64,000 bases of DNA from Eledone cirrhosa (Eukaryota). The number at the start of each line of letters is the position of its first letter. The stretch's first letter is position 1. The notes beneath the pieces were generated by a model. The model saw only the letters and a list, made by a program, of their open reading frames with translations. It had not been told where the DNA came from and did not search any database. The stretch spans positions 274,226,001 to 274,290,000 of the forward strand of contig OZ024741.1 in NCBI GenBank assembly GCA_964016885.1. Reading direction: 5' to 3'. Shown here one piece after another: positions 28,425 through 43,756 of the stretch. A program made the translations under genes and the position numbers.

Positions 28425-29350
28425 CACGATCTATACGTGGATATTTTACGTCTTGATGTGGGAGCTAAGTATATGTTTTGTTTATTCCTTTACTTATTTA
28501 CATAGGTAAGTATATATTACCCGTATGTTTTGTGAAGGTATGTATACCTTCTCGTACGTATATTTGACTGTTATGGCGTATAATTTTTACATATTCTGGT
28601 ATTTAGGTTTGGCTATGTGTATACGGGAGTTTTGCGTCTGCGTGAGTATGCCGGTTCGTACGTATGGTGGGTGTGTGTATATGTGTACTTCTTGTTTTAG
28701 TTGACTTACGTCTCCGAACATTCGTGTATTTATTTATAGGTATGTGTGTGCGCTTGTTATATACGTATTTATTTACTTATATACGTTTATGTAATTATTT
28801 ATTTATTTGTACACAAGCATACACACACACACATATTTATATGTGCGTCGTTTTGTATACCTATGGTAAGGTTTTGCGTATGCTTGTGTATGTACGTATC
28901 TGTTTGCGTGTATGTATTTATTTGTTTCTATTACTTCTGTATTGTATTTATTTACTTTGTTCTTAACTCTGTAGCGGAGATTCATTTGGTCTCCTAGTTA
29001 GAATATTAGTCTACAACTTCTGCTATACCATTTACGTGGTTTTGTCTTTGCGTGCTATTGTTCTCCACGCTCCACATATGACTTATTATCTTCGTTTTTT
29101 CGTTCATTGCCAGAGAACGTCTCTATGCACCACCTAAGAGAACATTAGTCTACGACCTCTTTTATACCATAAACGTGGTTCTGTCTTTGCGCGTAATTGT
29201 TTTTCACCGCTCCTATTAATGACGTATAATTCTTTTTTCCCGTTCTTTGCCAGCGAACGTTTGCACGAACCAAAGTATCGTCTTCCTGTCTTCCTCCGGT
29301 TGCAACGTTTTTTGAAATATCCAGTTCTGCGTTTACAGATTGACATTGTT

Positions 29351-29401
29351 AGTTTCAGAAGATCCCGTTAAGGGTGAAAGCAGCGATTCTTTGCTTAAAC
29401 T
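29351..29401 (+). ncRNA. Type I HHR in family A pLTR (CAGAAGA core)
   Basis: AGTTT CAGAAGA T CCC-GTTAA-GGG T GAAA GCAG..TTGC TT AAACT; also at 14449(+), 25829(-), 35731(-), 38930(+). Confidence 0.75.
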
Positions 29402-29513
29402 TTAATCTGTTATTTTAATAAATATTTGCTCTTCGGTTCTTATATATTTGATACATATTTTCCTTATCGAGCCCTCTTTGGATTTTAGTCTTCAATTTTA
29501 TTATTATTAGTAT

Positions 29514-30815
<1,302 letters not shown>

Positions 30816-30819
30816 GTAT

Positions 30820-31416
30820 ATGGACAAAGTGGACAATCTCATCAACACATCATACGCCAGAACACGTGCCAACACAAACACTCACCTTATCTTGAATCAA
30901 AGAAGAACTACGGTAATAACCCTTCGCTTTTTCTACAAAAAACACCCTATCGCACACAACATGAACGAAAAGCACAAACACGATAGATATTCCTTTGACC
31001 AGACCATGAGAAGTAGTAAAACCAGGAGATCATTCTCAAGATCTCAACAGAGACTACCAACAAGGAATGTGGAAACAAAACGTAGAATAACCAGATCACT
31101 CTCAAGATCTCAACAGAGATTGCCCACGAGAAACTGGACGAAAAAACGATCTAAACCTGAAAGCAAACCTAGGTCATATTCCCAGATTGTTAAAAATAAT
31201 GCTAACAGGAAGAAAAATAATATACAGAATACCAAAAATAGGACAAAATACATAACAAAACCAAATATAATATCACGACCAAAAGTTCATCAAGCGAACA
31301 CCAACAGCAATATAAATCCTGAACAGAGAAAAATCCATTTTTTAACGTCAGGACAACAAAAACCGGAAAAAGAAAACCTCCAGGAGGAAACATACCCAAA
31401 ACAGCTGTACACGTAG
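30820..31416 (+). CDS. Upstream basic ORF of PLE family B (overlaps RT frame)
   Basis: 198 codons open, R/K/S/N-rich; contains T TTT TTA at 31338-31344. Confidence 0.5.
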   Translation: MDKVDNLINTSYARTRANTNTHLILNQRRTTVITLRFFYKKHPIAHNMNEKHKHDRYSFDQTMRSSKTRRSFSRSQQRLPTRNVETKRRITRSLSRSQQRLPTRNWTKKRSKPESKPRSYSQIVKNNANRKKNNIQNTKNRTKYITKPNIISRPKVHQANTNSNINPEQRKIHFLTSGQQKPEKENLQEETYPKQLYT

Positions 31417-33649
31417 ATCCTAAAATAATTAATTTATCTAAAAGAGATCTTGACAATGATGAAATGCAAATTCTGTCAAAAGGACTGAAATTCACACCGA
31501 CTCCAACAGTCAACCACCAAGAACTGAAGGAGGATACCCAAGAATTCTGTCGAAAATTACGTCTTGTAGAATTCTTCGCTGATAAAAATAATGAGAGTGA
31601 TGAATCACTAATAAAGAATAAATCAAATTTCACTCCGCCAAAAGGAAGAAATATCTATCTCGACCAATACATTGACATCCTGTCTAAATTTCCTCTTAGA
31701 CATAATACTAATGTTAGGCCAAACATTAACAAATCAGAAATGTCTGCACTTAAACGTATACAAAATGATAAAACAATAATAATTAAACAAGCAGATAAAG
31801 GGGGTGCAGTTGTTATAATAGATACTGAATACTACAAGGATTTGGTTGAGGAACAACTGAAAGACACAACATTCTACCATGAAATACCGTCAAATATAGA
31901 CCACAACATCATGAAGAAGATCAACAACCTGGCTTCAAAATACCACAACTCATTTACTGATAAGGAAAGAGACTACATCACCAATTTTGAGCCGAAACCC
32001 AGCAACCTGTATGGCCTACCGAAAGTTCACAAGTCAAAAGAAATACAACTGGCAGTAAGAGAACAAAACAGTGAGTACATTAAATTATTACACCCAAAAG
32101 ACTTAAAACTTAGACCTATTATAGCTGGTCCAACATGCCCCACCCACCGTCTAAGCAATTTTGTTGACATTATTTTGAAACCACTATGTATTCACATACC
32201 CAGTTTCATCCGGGATGATATCGACTTCCTGTCCCATCTTCCCAAAACCACGGAAACGAATTCACTTCTACTCAGTTTTGATGTGGTAAGCCTTTACACC
32301 AACATTACACATGATTTAGGAATAAAGGCGGTTAAATACTGGGTGGAAAAACATAGAGAAGTGATTCCCATTAGATTCACAGCGCCATTTATATTAGACG
32401 CAGTTAAACTTATTCTGGAAAACAACACTTTCTTCTTCAATGGAAAGAATTACATCCAAATTAGAGGCACAGCGATGGGAACGAAGTTTGCTCCGTTTAC
32501 GCGAACTCTGTAATGGGATACTTAGAACAACAACTCTACCAAGAAATAGAGGAAAAATATAGTACTGACTTTAGAAAGTACATTGAAAAATCTTGGAAGA
32601 GATACCTTGACGACTGTTTCATCATCTGGACAGAATCTCTAGATACTCTGGATGAGTTCAATATCCTCCTGAATAACCTACACCCATCTCTCCAATTCAC
32701 AAAAGAGATGAGTAGGACCAAATTACCATTCCTAGATATAATGATAATCAAAAACGACACCACCATTACCACGGATATATATTATAAACACACAGACACC
32801 CATCAATATCTGAATTTTAAATCGTGCCATCCACCTCATACAAAACGCAACATCCCATACTGCCTAGCCAGAAGAATTTGTACCATTGTAGAAGATACGA
32901 ATACCAGGTACAAACGCCTAACAGAACTAAGAGAATTTTTGCTCAAACAAAAATACCCATCTCTACTTATAGAAAATGGCATACAGCGGGCTATAAAAAT
33001 ACCTATACAACAACTTAGAACAACCCAAGGAAGAAGAAACCAAGAACTGGTCATACCATTTATAATGACACACAACCCATGTCACCAGAATATCTTCAAC
33101 ACTGCCAAAGCAAACCTACCGATCATTGCTCAAAGTAATGAATTAAAAGGCTTAATCACAGATCGATCTTTGACTCTTAGTAAAAGACAGCCAAAAAATT
33201 TGAAGCAATTACTAACAAAAGCAAAGTTTGACCTTAACAACAAAGACCAATCATTCACTGTATCTAAATGCAATGATAGTCGATGCGGCACATGTCAATC
33301 CATACACGCCGGTCAATATATGAAAACAAAAACTGGAAAAATATTCCCAAATGCAAATATGAACTGCAAAAGCAGAAATCTAATTTACTGCATTAAATGC
33401 CCGAATTGTGAAGAACTATATGTCGGTCAAACTGGAAATGCACTATCGGAACGTGCACGGGTACACCGTCAACAAATCAGAGACCCAAATGTCCGTCAGA
33501 TACCCCTAAGCAACCACCTAGCAACATGTGGTCAGGGAATATTTATAATATTCCCATTCTACAAATTACACAGCCCAAGTGAAATCAAGAGAAAAATCAA
33601 AGAAAAGAATTTTATTGATAAATTCAAACCCAAGCTAAATGAACAATAA
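31338..33649 (+). pseudogene. PLE RT + GIY-YIG, one frameshift near 32495
   Basis: IINLS, LSKGLKF.PTP, ADKGGAVV, YGLPKVHK, FDVVSLYT, GTAMG, WKRYLDD, NLIYCIKCPNC..LYVGQT. Confidence 0.92.
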
Positions 33650-34025
33650 TAACGCTTAGGGGTATTACTTCTACTACCACTATGACCACGACCACTAACA
33701 ACAACAACAACAACAATAATAATAATAATAAAAGTGATGTTGATGGTGATGATTAATAGAAAATGCTATTTTCATCATTTCTAAAATAGCAAAACAATTG
33801 ATGCTTTGGATATGATTATTGGTCGTCATCATGCTCAACCAGGCGTGACGCTTAAACCAATCAGCTTTAGTAATTCAGTGAAACTACACACTGATTGGTC
33901 GAAATACAGTTTACAGGGCTTAGCATTCTGGAGCCACTTTTCTCTGTATAAAATGTATAAACGGTAGGAAATTTACCCATCTCATTACAGTTGAAAATTG
34001 CAAACTCGACTGTCACCACGTATTA

Positions 34026-34064
34026 TGAACCTGAAGATTGCGAAAGCATGAAAGTACTTGTTCA
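34026..34064 (+). ncRNA. Minimal type I HHR in family B pLTR
   Basis: TGAAC CTGAAGA T TGC-GAAA-GCA T GAAA GTAC TT GTTCA; palindromic stem III AGTACT. Confidence 0.88.
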
Positions 34065-34286
34065 ATTAACACTTAGAATTTAATATTCTATCATACTATT
34101 TCATTATAATACCATTATATATTTTAAAGGATTCTAAATAAAACGAGTAATCAGACAAAGTTGGAATTCCTCTTATTAATATAATCTTCTATACACCCGT
34201 GTATATTTACCTATCTATATCTATATATTATAATATATATATATAATATATATTATAATATATATATATATATATAATATATATAT

Positions 34287-34324
<38 letters not shown>

Positions 34325-34512
34325 TATATAATATATATATATATAATATAATATATATATATATATATAATATAATATATATATATATATATAATATAAT
34401 ATATATATATATATATATAATATAATATATATATATATATATATAATATAATATATATATATATAATATAATATAATATATATATATATAATATAATATA
34501 TATATTATATAT

Positions 34513-34555
<43 letters not shown>

Positions 34556-34619
34556 ATATATATATTATATATATATATATATAATATATATATATAATAT
34601 ATATATATATAATATAATA

Positions 34620-34659
<40 letters not shown>

Positions 34660-34700
34660 TATATAATATATATATATAATATATATATATATATAATATA

Positions 34701-35467
34701 TATATCATAAATCATGTCTATAGAATCATCAGATATTAAAATATATACTATTTCTTCTTCTAATTAAAATAATTAACCATATACAAAATCAAATCTAGCA
34801 AGCTTTAAGAATAAATTTTCTCAGGGGGAAATCTCTGACAAACAATTGATCGTAGCCTCTTCGCGGCAGCCCCGTTCCATTATTTATCAAACATTTCGGC
34901 AGCATGCAGAATCCGATCAAATATACCATCAACCACACACAATTAGTAGTAAAATTAAACTTAAAAGAAATGCGCACATACCGTATATATATCTCTACCA
35001 TGGTTTCTTCCTTATTTAGAACATCCAAATAATATGAATTATCCACAGTTAGGATCATCAGGAGATAAACTCAAAATCAGACATTTAGTTTTTCTAACCG
35101 ATCGCGCCAAATTTAGATTAAAAAATGGCTAAAATCGATATGTAGCTGTGTACCAGCCAAAGAGAAGGCGTGTGATTGGTTGCTTACGGCGGGTAGGCTT
35201 GCTGCTAGAAAGCGCAGCCATATATCGCCAAATTTAATCTCAACCAATTGGGAGATTATTAAATATAAAGGTTATCATATACATAAAATTAAATTAAAGA
35301 TATATGTTGCAACTATTCACTTTTAAGCTCAATGAAGAATTAATAAATTAAAATCAAAAAATCAGAGCATTATATCATAAATCATGTCTATAGAATCATC
35401 AGATATTAAAATATATACTATTTCTTCTTCTAATTAGCATAATTAACCATATACAAAATCAAATCTA
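34701..35467 (-). mobile_element. Non-coding element with 97-bp terminal direct repeats containing CTGATGA
   Basis: 34701-34797 repeats at 35371-35467; (TA)n on both sides. Confidence 0.55.
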
Positions 35468-35492
35468 TATATATATTATAATCAAATCTATA

Positions 35493-35542
<50 letters not shown>

Positions 35543-35578
35543 ATATATATATATATAATATATATATATATATAATAT

Positions 35579-35621
<43 letters not shown>

Positions 35622-35629
35622 GTAATAAT

Positions 35630-38600
35630 AATAAAATTGAAGACTAAAATCCAAAGAGGGCTCGATAAGGAAAATATATATCAAATATATAAGAACCGTA
35701 GAGCAAATATTTATTAAAGTAACAGATTAAAGTTTAAGTAAAGAATCGCTGCTTTCACCCTTAACGGGATCTTCTGAAACTAACAAAGTCAATCTGTAAA
35801 CGCAGAACTGGATATTTCAAAAAACGTTCCTACAGTTGAGCACTCTACTGACTTATATTCATCATGCAGAAACAACATCTGAATATTTCTACAAAGAACA
35901 TACCCGTACCAAGCAGGAAAACATACCTAAGACTCCTGATACAGAAAACAGACGCGTTCATTAAAAGGTTGCGTTGGCGTGCATTTTATTTCGATAATCG
36001 GCGAAAAGCAGACAGCAAACAGGATAAATTTGGATTTAAAACCTATAATAACCCTCCGTGGAACCCAGCATTGCTACCCTTCGAAAATGATGTCTTGGAA
36101 CTCATTCGGAATATCAAATTTCGGAATAGGAGCAATTCCTTCCAGCTAGACCTGAAGAATAGAATTCGTTCTATTAAGGATTCTAACGCCGTGCACGTCC
36201 ATTCCGACAAAACTGGCAACCTATATCAAGTGGAGCGCAGTACTTACCATCAACTACTACATAATGCTGTAACTAAGGATTACCGTAAAACTAATCGGTG
36301 TGTCATCAATGAAATCAACGATGCTGGGTTTAAAATCACATCTGATCTCAACATCCTGGACCGGACCGAACCTCTGGACCCTATCTCTCCCCACTTTACC
36401 CTGAAGGATCACAAATCCAATTTTCCGAACAACCCCTCTATTCGGCTTATTAGCCCTACGAAGTCCGATTTAGGTAGACTTAGTAAAACGATTCTTGATA
36501 GAATTATACCTGAAATTAGAAGTTTGGCCCCTCTCGCACTGTGGAACAATTCTTTCGCGGTGATTGATTGGTTCAACGGCATATGTAACAAGGAACATTG
36601 CCGTTTTATCCAATTCGATATCAACAATTACTACTCCTCCATCACTTTACCACTTCTCCTTAGAGCTATCAATTTCGCTAAAACACTCACAGTGGTTAAG
36701 GATTTTGAAGTTGATGTCATCCTTAATGCCCGAAAGTCGGTGATAAATTTCGACGACTCTATTTGGATTAAAAAATCCAATAGTACCCCATTCGACGTGA
36801 GTATGGGCGCCAGTGACTCTGCGGAGGTTACTGATCTTATTGGCCTTTTCCTTCTTTTCTCTATCAAGGACGAATTCCCCAACGCGGGCGGTGGTTTGTA
36901 CCGTGACGATGGTCTTTTGACCATGACTAAGTGCGGACCTCATGCTTTCGTGCTTGCGACAGGTTCAGAAAAGAACTCACAGCCTTCTTTAAAGGCTTCA
37001 ACCTCTCTATACAGGTTGAGGCCAATCTCTCGGTCGTTAATTACCTCGACGTTACCCTCAATTTATTGAATGGGTTGTATTACCCGTATAGAAAGCCGAA
37101 TGATACGCTTAATTACATAAGTAAGCATTCCAACCATCCTGCCAGCATAACCAAGAACCTGGTAAGAAACGTTTCGTTGAGGCTTTCCCATCTTTCCACC
37201 AACGAGCGCATTTTCAACGACCATTCCACTTATTACAATGAACCTCTTGCTCGAAGTGGATTTGTCGATAAGGTAGCATATACAGAGTACGAAAATAGAC
37301 CTAGAAGAAATAGATCCCGTCGCATTTGTTGGTTTAACCCACCATATAATATGGAGGTGGCCACACCATTAGCTAAGATCTTTCTTTCCCTTATTACGAA
37401 GCATTTTCCCCCTACACATAAATATAGTAAAATTTTTAATAGAAATACTATTAAAATTTCTTACTCTACGACTCCTAACCTTGCACATAACTTCACAGCT
37501 TCAAATTTAGCTAAACTACCTAGCCGTAGGAACACGTGCAACCCTGTAGTTAGTACTAACTGTAATTGTAGGAATCGGGCTGATTGCCCCCTATCCGGGA
37601 AATGCCTCTCTAATAACATTGTCTACAAATGTAAGGTTGTAACACCCACGTCCCGTAGGGCCTACATAGGGTTAACCGCCAATAGTTTCAAGCAGCGTCT
37701 TTACATGCATACCCATTCTTTTCGTTACCCTCTAAGAAGGAATATGACGTCACTTTCAGCTTATATCTGGAGTCTAAAAGACAACCACACCCAATATAAG
37801 TTACACTGGGAGATCCTAGCTAGGGCTAGATCGTATAACGGAAATAAAAGACCATGAGACCTCTGCGCCGCTGAGGCCCTGGAAATACTCTACGCTACAG
37901 ACCACATCTTAAACAAAAAATCTGAGGCGATTTCGGCTTGTAAACATAAATTGCACAAAACTTTCCTGTATTACAGCCCCACGTTATACCCTAACGGATA
38001 GCACGATCTATACGTGGATATTTTACGTCTTGATGTGGGAGCTAAGTATATGTTTTGTTTATTCCTTTACTTATTTGCATAGGTAAGTATATATTACCCG
38101 TATGTTTTGTGAAGGTATGTATACCTTCTCGTACGTATGTTTGACTGTTATAGCGTATAATTTTTACATATTCTGGTATTTAGGGTCTGGCTATGTGTAT
38201 ACGGGAGTTTTGCGTCCGCGTGAGTGTGCAGGTTCGTACGTATGGTGGGTGTGTGTATATGTGTACTTCTTGTTTTAGTTGACTTACGTCTCCGAACATT
38301 CGTGTATTTATATGTAGGTATGCGTGTGCGCTTGTTATATACGTATTTATTTACTTATATACGTTTATATAATTATTTATTTATTTGTACACAAGCATAC
38401 ACACACACACATATTTATATGTGCGTCGTTTTGTATACCTATGGTAAGGTTTTGCGTATGCTTGTGTATGTACGTATCTGTTTGCGTGTATGTATTTATT
38501 TGTTTCTATTACTTCTGTATTGTATTTATTTACTTTGTTCTTAACTCTGTAGCGGAGATTCATTTGGTCTCCTAGTTAGAATTTTAGTCTACGATTTCTG

Positions 38601-39002
38601 CTATACCATTTACGTGGTTTTGTCTTTGCGTGCTATTGTTCTCCACGCTCCACATATGACTTATTATCTTCGCTTTTTCTTTCATTGCCAGAGAACGTCT
38701 CTATGCACCACCTAAGAGAACATTAGTCTACGACCTCTTTTATACCATAAACGTGGTTTTGTCTTTGCGCGTAATTGTTTTTCACCGCTCCTATTAATGA
38801 CGTATTATTCGTTTTTTCCCGTTCTTTGCCGGCGAACGTTTGCACGAACCAAAGTATCGTCTTCCTGTCTTCCTCCGGTTGCAACGTTTTTTGAAATATC
38901 CAGTTCTGCGTTTACAGATTGACTTTGTTAGTTTCAGAAGATCCCGTTAAGGGTGAAAGCAGCGATTCTTTGCTTAAACTTTAATGTGTTATTTTAATAA
39001 AT
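35630..39002 (+). mobile_element. Penelope-like element family A, copy 2 (inverted 5' pLTR 35630-35828; 3' pLTR 38002-39002)
   Basis: Closely similar to copy 1 and retains the ORF start. Confidence 0.92.
35864..38001 (+). pseudogene. PLE RT + GIY-YIG, near full length; 8-bp duplication frameshift near 36945 and TGA at 37855
   Basis: STKNIPVPS..Y...L..K...F..RLRWRA N-terminus, GGLYRDDGL, GIY-YIG motifs. Confidence 0.92.
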
Positions 39003-39295
39003 ATATATATAATATATATATATATATAATATAATATATATATATATAATATAATATATATATATATATATAATATAATATATATATATATAATATAATA
39101 TATATATATATATAATATAATATATATATATATAATATAATATATATATATATAATATAATATATATATATAATATAATATATATATATAATATAATATA
39201 TATATATATAATATAATATATATATATATATATAATATATATATAATATAATATATATATATATATAATATAATATATATATATATATATATAAT

Positions 39296-39352
<57 letters not shown>

Positions 39353-39377
39353 CATATAATATATATATATAATATAT

Positions 39378-39466
<89 letters not shown>

Positions 39467-39990
39467 TATATATATAATATATATATATATATAATATATA
39501 TATATATAAGATATATATATATATATAATATATATATATATAATATATATATATATAATATATATATATATAATATATATATATATAATATATATATATA
39601 ATATAATATATATATATATATATATATAATATAATATATATATATATATATATATAATATAATATATATATATATATATATAATATAATATATATATATA
39701 TATATATATATAATATAATATATATATATATATATAATATAATATATATATATATATAATATAATATATATATATAATATATATATATAATATAATATAT
39801 ATATAATATAATATATATATATATATAATATAATATATATATATAATATATATATATAATATAATATATATATAATATAATATATATATATATATAATAT
39901 AATATATATATAATATAATATATATATATATATATAATATATATATATAATATATATATATATAATATATATATATGTATAATATAATAT

Positions 39991-40043
<53 letters not shown>

Positions 40044-40050
40044 ATATATA
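39003..40050. repeat. Interrupted (TA)n array
   Basis: Direct reading. Confidence 0.9.
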
Positions 40051-40061
40051 TTTTTTCTCTA

Positions 40062-40236
40062 TTCTAAGGCGGGTAAAATTCCCGAGATACATGGACGAGT
40101 TCTCTCGAGCGGTCTCTGTCCCTCATTATCGCTGCCATGTCCTGCGTCTCCAATAGACCAGTGTCTGTCCTTAGGGCATCAACATACGTTAACCTTGGTC
40201 TTCCTCTTCTAGTGTGTCCATGTGAGGGCTCCCAAT
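40062..40236 (-). mobile_element. RTE-clade LINE 3' fragment
   Basis: WEPSHGHTRRGRPRLTYVDALRTDTGL...MRDR. Confidence 0.8.
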
Positions 40237-40384
40237 ATATAATATATATATATATATATAATATATATATATAATATATATAATATATACATATATATAT
40301 ATTATATATATATATAATATATATATATAATATATATATATAATATATATATATATATATAATATATAATATATATATATATAT

Positions 40385-40473
40385 AATTGTTTCTACTTTT
40401 GGCACAAGGCCAGCAATTAACCAGTACATTACTGGTACTTTATTTTATCGACGCCGTAAGGACGAAAGGCAAA
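40385..40473 (-). mobile_element. tRNA-derived SINE family 1, 3' fragment
   Basis: Core and tail homology. Confidence 0.75.
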
Positions 40474-40622
40474 GCTTTCTCACACGCACCCTCTGTATTA
40501 TCTGTAATTTGTTCATGTCTCAATCTTAAGGTATATAAATATTGAGTTTTGTCATATATTATTCACTGCCATGACTGAATGTTAACCATCTACTAAGTCA
40601 GGGTATGTCATGCATCATCTTA

Positions 40623-40685
40623 TTTTATTTGATGAGGACGTACTGTTGAAGATAGCTCAGTACCTCTGAAATATGTATAATAAAA
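40623..40685 (+). ncRNA. Type I HHR motif (C3U uncompensated, probably decayed)
   Basis: TTTTAT TTGATGA GGAC GTACTG...CAGTAC CTCT GAAA TATGTA TA ATAAAA; resembles the 19-kb family. Confidence 0.6.
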
Positions 40686-40827
40686 CATACTTGATCACAC
40701 GAACGTCTATTTTTGTTAATATTTTGAATTAATATTAATCACTCCGGAAAACCATTACTGTGGAGTGCTTCTAATCTATTGTAAAACTTTATTCTTTGAT
40801 TTATTCATTGAACCTTGTTTAACCTTT

Positions 40828-40861
<34 letters not shown>

Positions 40862-40996
40862 AGAAATTCATAGGGATATATGTATATATTTTGACATATA
40901 TTTAGACATAGTCACAGATACATATATGAGTGTGGATACCTTTCACGGTGTGGCTCAATGAAAGAATTAATTAAGCAAATAATTATTAATCACAGC

Positions 40997-41889
40997 TATA
41001 TATAAAATTGCAAGTTTGAAGAACTATTAGATAAAATATATACAGTCTTTCCTTTCCCTAGTCCCTAGAAATCAACCACATAAATAATCATTTAAACGAG
41101 GCTATAAGTTTAAAATGTAACTATGAAGAAATAATAGACAAAATGATACAGACTATTTTCCGCGAGGAACAGACAGATAAGTTTTAACTAGTCATTCCTT
41201 TTATCCCGTAGAAATTGACTAGACAAATAATCAACTAAACGGAGTTAGGTCTAAAATATAAGCTAGAAGAAAAAATGCATTTAAACTTTATCAAAATTCC
41301 TCTAGTCCCGACTGCCGACAGTTTCGCTCCTTTTTTTGCGGATATATCAGATCCTGGGATTATCCACGAGGCTTGGAGCTTATCAAGAGACACCCCGAGT
41401 TTGGACTAAAATTTCTACCGTGATCTCCGTCAGAAATGAATTCAAAAATGGCTGAGAACTATCATGTGGCTAGTGGTCAAGAAATTTTAGTCCAAACTCG
41501 GGGTGTCTCTTGATAAGCTCCAAGCCTCGTGGATAAATCCAGGATCGGATATATCCGCAGAAAAGGAACAAAACTGCCGGCAGTCGGGACGAGAAGAATT
41601 TTGGTAAAGTTTATATGCATTTTTTCTTCTAACTTATATTTTAGACCTAACTCCGTTTAGTTGATTATTTGTCTAGTCACTTTCTACGGGCTAAAAGGAA
41701 TGACTAGATACATTTTATCTGGCTGTTCCTCGCGGAAAATAGTCTGTATCATTTGTCTATTATTTCTTCACAGTTACATTTTAAACTTATAGCCTCGTTT
41801 AAATGATTATTTATGTGGTTGATTTCTAAGGACTAGGGAGAGGAAAGACTGTATATATTTTATCTAATAATTCTTCAAACTTGCAATTT

Positions 41890-41895
<6 letters not shown>
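40997..41895. mobile_element. Inverted pair of pLTR-like arms (40997-41416 / 41480-41895), each with an HHR
   Basis: About 420-bp inverted arms; HHRs at 41305-41391 (-) and 41505-41590 (+). Confidence 0.8.
41305..41391 (-). ncRNA. Type I HHR with U3-A8 core (TTGATAA)
   Basis: Minus strand: GTCTC TTGATAA GCTCC...GGAGC GAAA CTGTCGGCAG TC GGGAC. Confidence 0.8.
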
Positions 41896-41931
<36 letters not shown>

Positions 41932-41934
<3 letters not shown>

Positions 41935-42151
41935 GGCGATGGAAACATTTCTGGGGTGGGGGGTGGTCGCCAAATTTGGACAATTTAGTTATAGTGATTA
42001 GTTTAGCTCTTTGCACTTTAAAATGGTCAGAAAACATCGATATGCGATAAACATAACATGTACATAAATTATAGCGCATATCCAAAGATGTGTGTTTTGA
42101 AAATATAATCATTGGAGGGGGGTATCCCCCACCCCAGTTCCACCGCCACTG
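41932..42151. mobile_element. MITE with imperfect TIRs (CAG.GGCG.TGGAA...)
   Basis: CAGGGCGATGGAA..CTGGGGTGGGGG / CCCCCACCCCAGTTCCACCGCCACTG. Confidence 0.5.
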
Positions 42152-42361
42152 AATATATATAATTAAAAAAGATTATGTTCTGTGCCCTTTCCTAAGGGGT
42201 TAATATATTGAGCTTCTTCGCATTTGGTAAGAAACTGGTATTATACCTAATTTACTCATCTCCTATATATATGTATATATATATATATATATAGAAAAAA
42301 AGATGAAATCGAAAATGCAACTGGAGTCTTATTTTTTGAAAAATATATATATTTATTTGGT

Positions 42362-42401
42362 TCCTTTACCGGTTTCGCAGTTCTTCTGCTTTTCAAAAGT
42401 A
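42362..42401 (-). ncRNA. Minimal type I HHR with U3-A8 core (TTGAAAA), inside inverted-arm element 42293-42613
   Basis: Minus strand: CTT TTGAAAA GCAG-AAGAA-CTGC GAAA CCGG TA AAG. Confidence 0.7.
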
Positions 42402-42810
42402 GAGTTCAGATGGAGGGTCTGTGGTTTTTCTCACATTTGGTTGGTCTTTGAATGTTACTTGTTTTATATGGAAAAAAGTGGCTCGAAAAGCCAGGTTTTT
42501 AGAGAAGTAATTTGATTGGTTGGTCAATAATTATAATAAATTTCGCGCCAGTTCGTGTTACAAAGTTCTTCAAACAAGGCTCCATTTGCATTTTCGATTT
42601 CATCTTTTTTTCTTTATACTTTCACTCGGTTATTTTTCATTCTGTAAAAAAAAACCTCACTTTCTAATATATATATATTTACATTCATTTATTATGACTA
42701 TTGGTGAGCTTTGTTACTCTAAAGTTTCACCTGCGCACTCGGAGTAACAAGGCTTAGCCATAGTAAATGAATATTTAAAATCTATTTCGGTATTGAGTCG
42801 ATAATTCACG

Positions 42811-43155
42811 TACTCTCAGGTCTTGAATAATCGTCCCCACCCCGGCTTATTAATTTGTCAGAGCCCCCTCCCATGGTTCTTATTCCACCCACCTCCACCC
42901 TCCCCACCCCATCACCTCGCTTATTAAATTTTGCTAATTTATCTCCGGCGAAATTTTATCGTAAGTTATTCATATTGATACAGCAGCTGGAAAATCTAAT
43001 AATAATTATATTTTACATTAAAATAAAAATTATATATGACAAAAAAGAACATTACAAGAAATCCCATACTTACGAACGTACACTATACAATGACCGATTT
43101 CCCAAGCACCTCCCCCATTATTGCCATCCCTCCTATTATTTGGGACCCTAGAGTG
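42811..43155. mobile_element. MITE, Tc1/pogo-like TIRs
   Basis: TACTCTCAGGTCTTGAATAAT / ATTATTTGGGACCCTAGAGTG. Confidence 0.5.
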
Positions 43156-43542
43156 CCACCAAACTCTCCTCCTCTCTATATCTATCAAACAAAATTCTCT
43201 TTTAATGCCCCTCGCTGTGTCTACTAAAACCAAACACTACCCCTCTCTATATCTACCACAACACCGCCTCTCTTATCCCACTCTCTATATCTAAGACTAA
43301 TATACTCTCTCACTATTATCTCTCCTAATCCCCACCCCCACCCCTGTATATCAATCACCCATAAACTCTCCCCCTCACAATATCTACTACACGGCATTCT
43401 CCCATTATCCTTCTCTGTATATCTACAACCACCAAATTCTCCCTTTCTCTATAAGAGAGAGAGAGAGAGAGACATATATATATTTATATATATATATGTG
43501 TGTGTGTTTGTGTGTGTATGTGTCTGTATGTATGTGTCTGTA

Positions 43543-43605
<63 letters not shown>

Positions 43606-43756
43606 AAAGGCCGATAATTTTCAAAAACCGGTACAACGCAGTAAAAAATATATAAAGAGCAAATGATGACAAATAAAACAGAACAAAAAAATGTTTAATT
43701 CAATATATTTCAACATATTTCAGGACTAATACCCTCTTTTCAAATATAGGGTTGAA

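Larger units (their letters stand above)
25806..29510 (+). mobile_element. Penelope-like element family A, copy 1 (inverted 5' pLTR 25806-26425; 3' pLTR 28425-29510)
   Basis: RT plus GIY-YIG ORF; 25806-26425 is the reverse complement of about 28807-29423; (TA)n on both sides. Confidence 0.92.
30819..34215 (+). mobile_element. Penelope-like element family B (Neptune-like), with 3' pLTR and HHR
   Basis: RT plus GIY-YIG with CCHH residues and Cys linker; flanked by (TA)n. Confidence 0.9.

Noticed and set aside
37855-37857. TGA at a conserved Cys codon as possible selenocysteine (known in some PLE clades)
   Set aside because: Copy 1 has TGT here and its own TGA replaces Gly; single private nonsense changes, and no SECIS recognised
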